35,924 bases of DNA, taken from Basidiobolus meristosporus CBS 931.73. Lineage: Eukaryota; Fungi; Basidiobolomycota. The notes beneath the pieces were generated by a model. It had not been told where the DNA came from, did not search any database, and was given only the letters and a program-made list of their open reading frames with translations. Location of the stretch: NCBI GenBank assembly GCA_002104905.1, contig MCFE01000794.1, positions 1 through 35,924 on the forward strand. The letters run 5' to 3'. Positions 22,082 to 33,900 of the stretch are shown here, one piece after another; the stretch's first letter is position 1; each line of letters begins with the position of its first letter. The translations under genes were made by a program, and so were the position numbers.

Positions 22082-23250
22082 CTATTTCCACAACTTTGGC
22101 AGGAACCCTATAACTATATGCCATTGTTCATTCTCTAATTCCCAGATGACCTGGTCTTCAGCCAGCACTGCAAAGTCTAGCCTCTCAACAGCCAGTCTTT
22201 GCAATAAGTCCTTGCAGTATTCAAGTGCATTTTCTTGAGCACTGAGCATGAAGACATGCTGCAACCTCTTGGTGTGCTTATTAATTTTCCAAAGTACCAC
22301 CAAAGGCATTTTCAATTTTTTGAGTTCTTGACATTGTTACTTTGTCTTTTAGTGCGATCTCCACTCTGTCAACAATAGAGGACATTGAGATTGTGGTAGA
22401 CATATTGCCTTTCACTGCAAACTCAACTGGACACACTTCCAACTCTTGTGAAAACAGCTGTTTTCTTGTTGGTAATTCTTGTTGTCTATAATGGGATTCA
22501 GTCTGTTCTGGGCTTACAGCGTTGATTGGCAAGAACAACAGCTTTTCTCTCAAGCTTCCCTTCCTCTGGATTGGGTAGAATTTTTCTCCTTTACCTTTTG
22601 CTTTATCACTTTCAGATCTCTCACTGCTACTTTGTCAGAGTGTTTCTTGTATTTGACTACATTTACTCTCTGATAAATACTGCTCTGATCCATTTGTTTT
22701 GGTCTGCTTGTCTGTTGCTGGCACTCTGCAGGCCACCTGATGCTTCTTTCCCACTTGTTTTGAGCTCTCAGCCCATGCTGTGACAGGCTCCTCAGGTATG
22801 TGCTTATTTTTATCACTGCCAGGTTCCTAATTGCTACTAATACTGAGTGCTTCTTGGGCAAAACTATGCTTTTTCCTTGGCAAATTTTGTGCAGGTGCAT
22901 TTGTAACTGCCTGCCTCTCCCTTATTGGCACTCTTCCAGCTCACATATGCCTCTTTGATACTGGTTTGGGGCTTTTGGCCTAACTGTTACAGGCTCTTCA
23001 GGAAGCTGCTGGCTTTTAGCCATTGCACCTTTGTTCTTCTGCCTTTCAAAGTTTCTGCTATTCTTGAGATATTTTCTTAGCATATCACCACTGGCCCAAA
23101 ATCTCTTTGCTTGTTTGAGTCCAGGATAATGCCCCTGGAGTAAGTCAAGCCCATTTTGCTTGGCCTTGTGTTTCTTATGGTCATACAGCTCAATGCTTTT
23201 TTACCTTCTTTTGAAGTTACGCAACTTCTTCTGCTGTTACTCTGGGTTTA
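22082..23250 (-). pseudogene. ORF X copy 2, 5'-truncated, with an internal ~200-bp tandem duplication
   Basis: RFWASGDMLRKYLKNSRNFERQKNKGAMAK and the KGNMSTT...EYCKDLL domain match copy 1. Confidence 0.65.
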
Positions 23251-23289
23251 GCTTTGTTTCCTGTCACCTTGCTCCAAGGTCTTTTTTAC

Positions 23290-23540
23290 CCAAGGTAGAT
23301 CTACATCTTGATTCTCCAAAGTTTGTAGTTCTTATTATCCAGCCTCTCCTATACAGGCAAAATCCAAATGAACGGTGTAGTACTAATGAGCATTATATCT
23401 ATAGTTTAGTGTGTAATAGCTTGATACTGTAGGAAGAAACCAGACAGGCAATCTCTACAGCTGAAGTGGAGAATATAACTGCTTGTCAAGCAACTAAGGA
23501 GGCTCTATGGCTCTGAAATTACTCAAATAAACCAGCATAC
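23290..23540. pseudogene. Small copia fragments: minus-strand gag start and plus-strand RNase H
   Basis: ERLDNKNYKLWRIKM on the minus strand (~23300-23360); STAEVE...ACQATKEALWL on the plus strand (~23430-23520). Confidence 0.7.
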
Positions 23541-23629
23541 ATATGATATGAAATGCTGCTTAAATGTTTGCAATATATCAGTTTTAAGCCAAATCAGTTA
23601 CTTTTATGCTTGGCTTATCAGTATATCAC

Positions 23630-23995
23630 TGTTATGATCTACTGCTTGAATGCTGTAGTTAGATTAGCTTTTAGTCAACTCAATTAGTTTTATGCTTAGA
23701 CTATCAGTATAGCTGAGTTATCTATCAAGTCTGTGGTATTGGTCAGCAGATGAATCAGCAGCTCCTTATCAGACAGAAGTATATATATCAAGTAGGAAAT
23801 AATGGGTGATGATGATACAATCAAATGTGTCATCAGCCACAACCTATTAGGAAATACAATTAGTCAACAATTCATTTGGCAAAATGTGTAGAAGGAGCTG
23901 CTGGAGCCTCAATATAAATCAGTTCAAGTTTTAGTGAATACAATACTAGCTAAACTCCCTACTCCTCTACAACTCTGGTAACAAGACCTGTAACA
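23630..23995 (+). repeat. Gypsy B solo LTR nested inside the older B LTR
   Basis: TGTTATGATC...TGTAACA; TSD TCAC/TCAG. Confidence 0.9.
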
Positions 23996-24375
23996 TCAGT
24001 GGTATTTAACATAGTGGTAGTATTAGTCAGCAGATGAGTCAATAGATCATTATCACACAGAAATAGAAGTATTAAGCAACACCTAGCTGGCTGAGGGTGA
24101 TGCATTCAAATGAATCATCAGCCATAACCTACACTTGGAAAAAAATTAGTAGGCACTTGATGTGGCAAAATGTGAAAAAACCTGCTGGAACCTCAATAAA
24201 AATCAGTCAAGTTTCAGTGAAAATCATACTGGCTCAAATATGTATTCTTCTGCAACTTTTATTTCAGACCTGTACTATTTGTCACAATAATGACCAGAAA
24301 TTGTCCTCCTGAGAAAGTAGAAGCCTGCCTCAAAATGTCAGAAACCTAGAATGGAAGATTGCTGGCAGTATATTA

Positions 24376-25107
24376 GACTTGTTCCGTTGGATAGTGCCAC
24401 ATTGAGCCATGAGTGCCAAATGATGCCATAGTGTGCCAGAGAGGCCAATTGAGCCTCTACTTAGCCACAGAGTGTGAAACATAGCTCCGCATCTTCATGC
24501 AAAGCAGCCCCTGTGTTTCACCCATTGTGTTGGAGAAAATCCATTTTTTGACCTTTTTTTTTGGATCAATGTTGCGCAGGATGTATTAGAGCACAAGCAG
24601 ATTGAAGATATGCATCTGGTACTCAATACCCATGGCACTCTGAATCTAGCTCCTGTAGCTTGTATCATGTCACAAAAATGAATGGCACTATCTTGGTCCA
24701 CTGGTACTATCTGGCACTATAAGTGCTTTGTATAGATCTTACTTTAGGGCTTATATTTAAATATAGTGCCAGATAGTACCAGTGGACCAAGATAGTGCCA
24801 TTCATTTTTGTGACATGATACAAGCTACAGGAGCTAGATTCAGAGTGCCATGGGTATTGAGTACCAGATGCATATCTTCAGTTCTCCTGTGCTCTTACAC
24901 ATCCTGAGCTACATTGATCCACAAAAAAAGGTCAAAAAATGGATTTTCTCCTGTGCAATGAGTGAAACACAGGAGCTGCTTTACATGAAGATGCAGAGCT
25001 ATGTTTTACACTCTGTGGCCAAGTATAGGCTCACTTGACCTCTCTGGCACACTATGGCATCATTTGGCACTCATGGCTCAATGTGGCACTATCCAACGGA
25101 ACAAGTC
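24376..25107. mobile_element. Foldback/MITE-like non-autonomous DNA element with 346-bp inverted arms and a 40-bp spacer
   Basis: Arms 24376-24721 and 24762-25107 are reverse complements; flanked by TA on both sides; interrupts the old B gag. Confidence 0.85.
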
Positions 25108-26755
25108 TATTCTGACTCAATAGCAACAGTTACTTCATTTCTTCTGTCAGCTTCAATAAGGAATGACTACCATGGTCGTGAGAAAGCAAAGCCCTGTCAA
25201 GCACAGCTGTACTATGAGGGTCTACAGGTAACATGATATAGTTGATGCAAGCCTTGCAGCATAGAGCTTTCATATTGATGATGGTTTGAAGGTAAAAGTA
25301 TTTGTTGCAGAGAGCAAGTAGCATTATGTTACAACTTAAGAAGTGTATTGAATATACAGCACTTATCAAGAAATAATGAAAATAGTTGAGCTGCTGTTTA
25401 CTCATAAAGAAGCTTGGTACTTATACCTTTGTAGAAGTAATACCACTGTAATATTAAGTAAGGAGGGTTTCTTAGCATTCAGGAGCATTCTGCAACAGTC
25501 TCAGGGTTAGTACTTAATATTTGGTAAAAGCACTAATTTGATCTTAATGATAGGAGAGTAATCATAGTGTCATATATCTGTAAAGATGGAGAAGTTAGGG
25601 CTGTAAATTAGTCCTATAGTGACCAAGACTAGTCCAGAACTGCTAAACAAATATTCAGCTGTTGAATGATACCAAATAGTCTAATATTTCCACATTACCC
25701 CTCATCTACATAGTTTCTTAACCCTGATTCCTCACTAAGATTCTCAAGTTGTGGTCAAGCTAATGGCCTTGTCAATATATCTGCTACCATTTTGTCAGAT
25801 GGGCAGTATTCTAAATCCACTAATTTATTTTCTACAGCTTCCTTCACAAAGTTTTATTGTATATCTATGTGCTTAGTTCTGGCATGATTAGTAGAATTCC
25901 TAGCTAATAAACAACTTTGATTATCCTTGCAAATACAGGTTGGGTCATCTGAATCAAGACCTAAGTCTTTGGGAAATTTTCATTGTCATATAGCCTTGGT
26001 TGCTTCACAAGCAGCCTTTTATTCAGCTTCAGTTATAGATTGGGCCACAGTTGGTTGTTTCTTGCAATTCCAACTAATTGCTGCACCAGCATAAAGAAAT
26101 ACAAACCTAGTGGTAAAGCATCTGTCAATCAGATACCTACCCCAATCAGAATCACCATAGCCATTAAACATATGCTTATTAGTTGCACCAGGGTACTCCA
26201 TAAAAATATCAATGAAACATTGCAGATACCAGAAGTTTTGCTTAACTGCTTTGATTTGCTGACACCCATAGTTCTGCATCAAATACTTGACTATTTCAGC
26301 TACTTGACCATCTGGACATATAGACACCATCATGTACATCAAGCTACCAGCCATTGACTATAGAGAAAGTTCTGGTTCATATTTGAGCAGTTTTCACCAT
26401 AAACAAGTGGAGATTTGCTCAATCTCAGGTTATTGTCCATGGGGGTTGCTGCAGGCTTGCAATTTTCCATTTTGAAGCATCTATGAATGTCCCTGAAGTA
26501 CTTAGACTGATTTGGCACAATTTCAGCCTAACTATGCTAAATTTGACCTCAATTTCAAGAAAATGGCTTGACTTTCCAAGATGTTTCATTTCAAACTTCC
26601 TGATGAGCTCTGAGTCCATCTGTTCAAGGGCCTCCTGGTTACTTGTAGCTATTATTATGTTGTCAACATACAGCACCAGGATAATTATTCCTTTTTAAGC
26701 TCTTTCTCATTTTTATTGTGATCTGCAGAGCTGCAAATGAGACCAATCTTCTCAT

Positions 26756-27123
26756 TGTTAAGATCGGCTGCTTGAATGTTTAAGTTAGATCAGTTTTTAG
26801 TCAAATCAATTAGTATATGTTTAGGTTATCAGTATATCAGTATTATCTATGAAATCAGTAGCATTAGTCAGCAAATGAATCAGCAGGTCCTTATCAGACA
26901 GAAATTGATATATTCAATTGGATCTTATTGGGTGATGATGACGCATTCAAATGAGTCATCAGCCACAGCCTACATTAGGAAATAAAATTAGTCAGCAATT
27001 GATCTGGCAAAATGTATATAAGGAGCTGCTGGAACCTCAATAAAAATCAGTTCAAGTTTTAGTGAGTACAATACTAGCTAAACTCCCTATTCCTTTACAA
27101 CTCTTATACCAAGACTTGTAACA
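26756..27123 (+). repeat. Young gypsy B solo LTR inside copia-2 RT
   Basis: 368 bp, highly similar to the element B LTRs, perfect 4-bp TSD TCAT. Confidence 0.93.
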
Positions 27124-28124
27124 TCATGGTATATGTCAATCTTGTGATATGATGCTGTAGGTGCCTGCTTAAGTCCATGTAGCAATTTCATCAGTTTGCA
27201 CTCCTTATGAGGCCCTTTTGTATATATAGCATCTTCTGGCTGCTCCATATACATAGTTTCATGCAGATCACCATTTCCAAAGGCTGATGCAATGTTCATT
27301 TGGTGCAGATATAAACTGTGTACAGCTACCAGGACTAAGACTGTCCAACTGGAGCTAAATTTGGCTACTAGAGTAAGAGTTAACTAAAATCTAGTCCCTG
27401 GATCTGGGAATAGCCTTTGGCTGTCCATCTAGCCTTGTGCTTGTCAACATTACCATCTGAGATTATCTTGATCACGCAAACCCATCAACATCCTATTGGA
27501 TTTCTCCAAGTTGGTAAGTCTACCAGTGCTGATATTTTTGCCTTTGATCAGTGACTGATACTCTTCCTGCATGGCTTGCTGACACATAGTAGCATCTGGA
27601 CTTTACATTGCATGTTCCAGACTCTGAGGTTTGGCACACAAAGAGTGATAAACTTCCTCATGTTCATTGGATGACTGCCACTACAGTCCAGGGGCATTTT
27701 GTACTCTTGTAGATCTACTAACAGTGGTAATCTGTCCTGTTCTGGAACTGGCAGAGTTTTCTTTTGTATGTGACTGGATTAGGTATGTATCTCCCTCATT
27801 AGTGGGGATTACATCATCAGGTAGCCGGCCAATACACTCGGTGGCATTCTAAACTGAACTCTCCTTATATACAAGATTCCTGCTGTGGATTGGCTTCTGA
27901 ATCTCACCATTATACACTGTATACCCTTTAGTATCATCAAAATACCTAAGAAAGTTTCCTTTTCTACTCCTTTGCTCCAACTTGAGCATTTATTGACATT
28001 GATGTGCTAGAAACATCCCTGCAAAGATCCTGAGACACTGGAGGTCTAGTTTCTTGCCTGCATATGCTCCAAAGGATATAGAGTAACCTAGTGCCAATTA
28101 TCTTACAATATCAAGCAGATCAGA

Positions 28125-28490
28125 TGCTGTGATCTAACACTGGAATATTTAAGTTAGATCAGTTTTTAGTCAATCAATCCTTTTATGCTTATCTTATCAG
28201 TATATCAGTGTTAAGTATCAGAGCAGTAGTACTAGTCAGCAGATGAATCAGTATTTTGTTATTATACAGAAGTAGATATTTTGAGTGTCATATTATTGGG
28301 TGATGATGATGCAATCAAATTAGTCATGAGCCATAAGCTACTTGAGGAATACAACTAGTCAGCAATTGATCTGACATGATTTCCATAAGGAGCTGCTGGA
28401 ACCTTGATAAGAATCAGTTAAGGTATTAGTGAATACAATACTAGCTGAACTCCCTTTTCCTCTACAGCCCTTATATCAAGGCTTGTAACA
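28125..28490 (+). repeat. Older gypsy B solo LTR inside copia-2
   Basis: 366 bp, diverged; TGCTGTGATC...CTTGTAACA; TSD CAGA/CAGC. Confidence 0.85.
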
Positions 28491-29846
28491 CAGCCTAGCA
28501 AATGCAAATATCAGTCCCCTAGTAGTTGCTTTACTCACTCAGAGTAGATCCATAGATATTCCTGACATATAGAGTACATCAGTCAATTTGCTCTTGCTAC
28601 CCTTGAAATATCCCTCACAAATAGCTGTATAGACCACTAGAGGTAGCTTTTAGTTCAGAGATTTTTCCCAATAAGCCCTTGTATCAGAAACTGTCTTTAT
28701 GTTGCTGAATCACTCCATCATACCACAAATATAGAGTGATGCTCAGGAGTCAATATACCATTTATGACCTTGGGTGCTTGCATTGACTTGTACAGTTACA
28801 CATAACTGTGCATCTGTTTTTATATGGTGGCCTGCTCTAGTTTCTGAATTTCATCTGCTTGTTTCTTGCTGTATTCTCTTAGTCAGTGTCCTGGATTTAT
28901 AGAGTATTTACAGCAACCAGGACTTCATTGGTTCTGTTGCTTTTCCTTCTTTTCTTTGCATCTTTCAGAACTGGATAAAGCAGTATCACAATTTTCTCTG
29001 CCTGATCTTTACATCTGAGTTCTGTATGGAGAAGTCTTCCTTTGATGTGCTTAAGGTCAGGTTGTCTTCTCTGCTTTTAAAAAAATGTAGGGGTGGCTTA
29101 TACTTGTTGGGTAAGCTGCAAAGCAGGGCAAGTATCATTTCTACCTCATATTTACTAGCATCAATGATGTTAAGCAATTCTGCAAATGTTGCCTTTCTGC
29201 TAATGTGTTGTGGCATGTCATTCTCAGCCTTTTTGCACATGTTGAAGAACTTTGTATTCAAGTAAAACTTGCCTGAAAGTAACTTTGCTCAAACCATTTT
29301 CTCTAAGCTTTCCCCTACTGCTTTGGCACTATTGGAATCATGAGTTTGTCCAATGGAGGAATCTTGCACGTTGGTAAGTACAGCATTAATAGCTTTTCTC
29401 TCCTTTGCTCAAAACCTTTCAACTTTTTCGATGTACTTTTGGGCCTCTCCTGTAGCTATATTCTAAAGCTTTCTTTCCTCTAGGTGGATGTGCATCTTGA
29501 TTATTCCAAGTCTGGAGTTCTTTTCCTAAACCTCTCCTTTACAGGAAGAATGTTTGTACTGTTCTGTTTGCCAGTAGATGTCATCCTTAGATTAGATAAG
29601 GGAATTTAGAGCTCATAACCTGTGGCAATTCAAGAAGTGTTTGCTATATGGGGAACTGGTCAGGAATCAATGATAATAGTTGACTATTGTTTATTCATAC
29701 AGAAGCTTATGTACTTTTGTAGAAGTAATACAGCTGGAATACTAACTGTAAAACTAAGTAAGGAGAATTTCTCAACATTTAGGAGTATTTGGAAACTGCC
29801 TCAGAGTGAATACAAAATGTTTGGTAAAGGTGTCCATTTGATGCGG

Positions 29847-30917
29847 TGTGGTGGTGTATAGGTCCAAGGGAGGGATATGTCCAACACTTCTCAAGTGTTT
29901 TGTGTGTGGGGTGTTCACTGGGTGCGATAACCTCTGGCAAAAGCTTGCTAGGAATACTTGGGTTCTGTCTCTAATCTAATGTGAAGGGGAATAAAGCCAC
30001 AAGCTTGTCAAGGGAAAACTATTGAGCTACAATCCCCAACTTAGTTGGCGTCTTAACAAAAGTATGTGCTGGGTTCAGCGTCCTTTGAGATGACAATGTA
30101 CTAAAGCTTCCAAAGTCAAAACAACTGTAAACTCCACCAGCAGGGACTTGATAAGAATGCAGCTTTGGTCAATAGTTACAAAGACAGAAAAGTATCTTTG
30201 CCTGTACAAGAACAAACTTGGGAAAGAATCAAATATAATAAAAGATACCTACTCTGAGTATTCCTCACAAGTAGTGCCTCCAAGGTCAGTTGGCTGTCAG
30301 CACGGTTTCCTGGGAGTGTCCTGTGGTCTAGGGTTGGAAGTTCAGGTAGCAGCAGGTAGCAGTGATCACACTAATCAACAAGTCGGTATATTGATAAAAG
30401 GGATGATGATTTATTGTTGAGGGATAGCCTCCCTTATATACTTTTCTCACTGGCTAAGTGATTACTAATCATGGTGTTCCAGAAGGTTCCGGAGTTCAAT
30501 AGAAATCTTAATGACATCAGAATGACCTAAGAATGTTCTAAGTAGGTGCCGGAAGGTTCTAAGAGGCACAGCACATCCAACCCATCAGGAATCAGTATTC
30601 TGAAACCTGTGCAACATGGGGATACCATATATGGTATGGAAATGGTAGGGATGGTGACACGGGCTGATCATGTGTCACGGGTACTGGCGCGGGTACTTGC
30701 CTAATATAGAAGTACTTATAGCTAGTAATCTTACATAAAGAGAGGGGTAACTTATGCAATAAGGTAAGCAGGTGTGATAGTCAACCGGCTTATGGGATAG
30801 TACTGATTGGGTAAGACAAATGGGATAAAACTAAAATAAGTGTAGTAGAGATATAGGGAAGTAGAAAATAAGGGAATGAGCACACCTGTCAGTGGGTGTC
30901 ATTGTCACCCCACTACA
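29847..30917 (-). repeat. Gypsy C 3' LTR (1071 bp)
   Basis: TGTAGTGG...CCACCACA in element sense; collinear with the solo LTR at 12469-13826. Confidence 0.92.
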
Positions 30918-30956
30918 TCCACCCCCCTCTCAGCTTTGAACTTGGGTCAAAGCAAA

Positions 30957-33900
30957 CTAATCTTGATGTGCAAAATTCCTATGCTTGAATAACTTAAGCC
31001 GGTTTCCAGCAACTGGTGCTCTCAACTGGGTGTTGTCAAGCTCAGATATGTAATAACTTCCATTTCCAATCACTTTGGAAATGAGGTAGGGGCCAGTCCA
31101 TTTGTTGTCAAACTTCCGACTCCATTGTTTGTCCAAGGTAGAATCGTAGAGTAATACTGGGTCTCCTAGTGATAGTGGTTTTGGTCTTGTTGGGTGTGAT
31201 TTGTCAAAGGGCACCTTGTTCTTTAGTCGTGTATCCTTAAGTTGTTCAGCAGCTCTGCTGATATTCAAGTCATGGTGATCAAGTTGCTGTATGCGAGTTG
31301 CAAGGAGGTCTTCAGTCTGCATATTGGATCTCCAATTCAATGAGTTCCAAGTGACTGTGTTTAACTCAACTGGTAGTATGCAGTCATGTCCATAGAGTAG
31401 CTTGAATGGCGATAATCCAGTTGTTCTCTTGGTAGTAATTCTATCTGCCCACAGTGCAAGATGTAATTGCTGTGGCCACAGTGTTGTGTTATTCTCACAG
31501 GCCTTGACAAGAGAGTTCACCAATGGTCCATGTCCTCTCTCTATCATTCCATTGGCTTGAGGGTGGTAAGCTGTTGTGAAAGCTATGTGTATCTTGTACT
31601 TTGAGCACAACTCCTGGATCATTTGGGATGTCATCTCTCCTCTGTCAGCAACAAACTGTCGGATGCAGCCAAATCTGCAGATGATGTCTTCAAGTATAAA
31701 TCTCCATATGGTATGGCTCTTGTTGTTGGGCAAGGCTTGAGCCTCTGCCCATCCACTAAGGTCATCTCTAGCAACAATCAGGTACTTTTTTGATCCAGCT
31801 GTTGGCATGTGGACAAGGTCAATACCAACCTTTTGCCATAGACAGATTGTGTAAGTAGGATGCAGTGGTTCTTCATAACGCTTGGAGGATCTCTTCTGGC
31901 AGGCTACACATGACTCAACAAAGTGCTGGACATCATAGTACATGTTTTCCCAGTAGTACCTCTGAGCTGTGGTATTGTATATGGCTTCTCGTCCTCTATG
32001 TCCTCCTGGTTCTCCTTGGTGGATACTTGTCATGATGTTCAGTTGCTCTTGAGGGGTGGTGACTACTCTTCTTGGCATAAGTCCAGGCTTCACTCGCTTA
32101 AAGAGAAGATCATCTTTAAGATAGTAGTGGTGTGCCTTCTTCCTGAGTTTTCTAAACTCCTGAATATCCATCCAACTAGGTTTCTTAAGTGTCCTTAGAT
32201 ATTCCTTGATCAGACTCCAGGTAGTTCTCTCTTGGTCTTTGATGGCAATCTGTCGGATCTCTGCATCAATAATATCATCAAAGTGAGGGTCCAAGTCTTC
32301 AAATAATTGTGGTCCCTTCCTGGAGAGTGCATCAGCCACAACATTTGTCTTGCCAGGGATATGTTTGACCTCAAAGTCAAACATTTTCAGCCATGCCATC
32401 CATCGGTTTGTGGCATCATCAGGTAGGTCAGGCTTGTTGATCATTCCTATAAGTGGCTTGGCATCTGTCTCCAGGATAAAATGTGTCATGTAGAGTTGTG
32501 ACTTCAGTTTCCTCAGCATCTTCACAACTCCTAGTAGTTCTCTCTTAATCTGTGAGTATCTTTGTTCTCTAGGAGAGAATAGGCAGCTCTCATATCTGCA
32601 GGCATAGCGGTTGCCATCTTCATCATCTTGTCCAAGTAGTGCTCCAGCTCCTATGGGGCTTGCATCCACTGTCAAAATAGGTGGGCATTCAGTGTTTTGA
32701 TAGTCAAGAGGTCTTAGAACTGGTGGAGATACTAAGGCCTCTTTCAGTAATTGCATGGCTTCTTCTTGCTCTTCTCCCCAGATAAATGGGGTATTCTTTC
32801 TCTGTAGTCGGTAGATTGGTTCTGCTATCTCAGAAAATCTTGGGATCCAGATCCTAAAGAACCCACAAGCTGCCACAAAGCCACGAGCTTGTGTTAGATT
32901 TGTGGGGGTAGGCCAGTTGCATATCTTTTGTGTCTTGGAGTCTCCAGGTGAGCGACCAAAGGTGTTGCATTTTTGTCCAACAATGGATATCTCTGATACA
33001 CCAAAGCTGCTTTTCTCACCACTGATGGTGAGTCCAGCTTCTTCAATGGCTCCTAGTATGGCATCATTGTCTGCAATATGGTCATAGACAAACTTTCTTA
33101 CTCCAGGCATAACTTCAGTGGTGTCCCGGAATTTTGATCCTTTGATGCCTATGTCATCCACAAAGACAGCAAGTTTCTCAGGTATAAACTGGTATAGCAC
33201 ATTCACCATGCATCTCTGGAACTGAGCCATGGAGTTTGTAGCCCCTTGGCTGAGTCTTGTCATCCTTAATAGTCCAAATGGTGTCTGTAGTGCAAACATA
33301 TCTCTTGATGTCTCATCAAGGGGAATCTGGTCATATCCTGAGTAGAGATCGTATGTTGAGTAGATGGAGTGGCCACTAAAGCTTTCTGCAAAGTCATCAA
33401 TAGATGGAGGTATAGCAGCATCTCTGATAGTGACAGCATTTGCAGGTTGCATGTCTTGAATGAATTGGAGCTTTCCATTCTTCTTTTTGGTTACAAACCA
33501 TCTGTTAGCATAGGGCCCATGGCAAGGTTCTAGGATACCAGCTTCTATCTTCTTCTTAAGTAGGTCATGCACATCAGCTTGGAGTCCTCTGGGCAGTGGG
33601 TAAGGCTTAAATGACCAGGGTGTGTGGGGCACTGTATGAATCTTGATGGGTTTTTCAACCAATGTCTTTAAGAGTCCCATCTCCTTGTCATTATATGAGA
33701 AGACCTTATCATGCCTTTTCAAGGTCTCCTTAAATAATAGTATCTCCTCTGGTGTAAGATTTCCATCACCAATGATAAGTTGCTTAAGTCTCTCAGGTGT
33801 AAGTCGTGTATCATCTGGTGTTTCTTCTGGTGGTCTAATGTAATCAGCAGGTCGGGATCCATCAGTCAAAGGTGTAAATGATGGTCTAATCTTCTGTTCT

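Larger units (their letters stand above)
23544..25240 (+). mobile_element. Old truncated gypsy B relative: 5' LTR (23544-24277) and gag start, interrupted twice
   Basis: Diverged LTR split by a younger LTR; 24285-24373 and 25110-~25210 align to the gag start of element B (reverse complement of 20914-20740). Confidence 0.8.
25327..29846 (-). mobile_element. Ty1/copia element 2, old and degraded; 5' LTR cut by gypsy C
   Basis: 3' LTR 25327-25694 with PPT TGAGGGGTAA; 5' LTR part 29621-29846; PBS GGTTATGAGCTCT (29608-29620); gag (IKMHIHLEERKL, LLCSLP), RT (LKQAP, LYVDNII) and RNase H (DSDWG, KKQPTVA) remnants. Confidence 0.85.
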
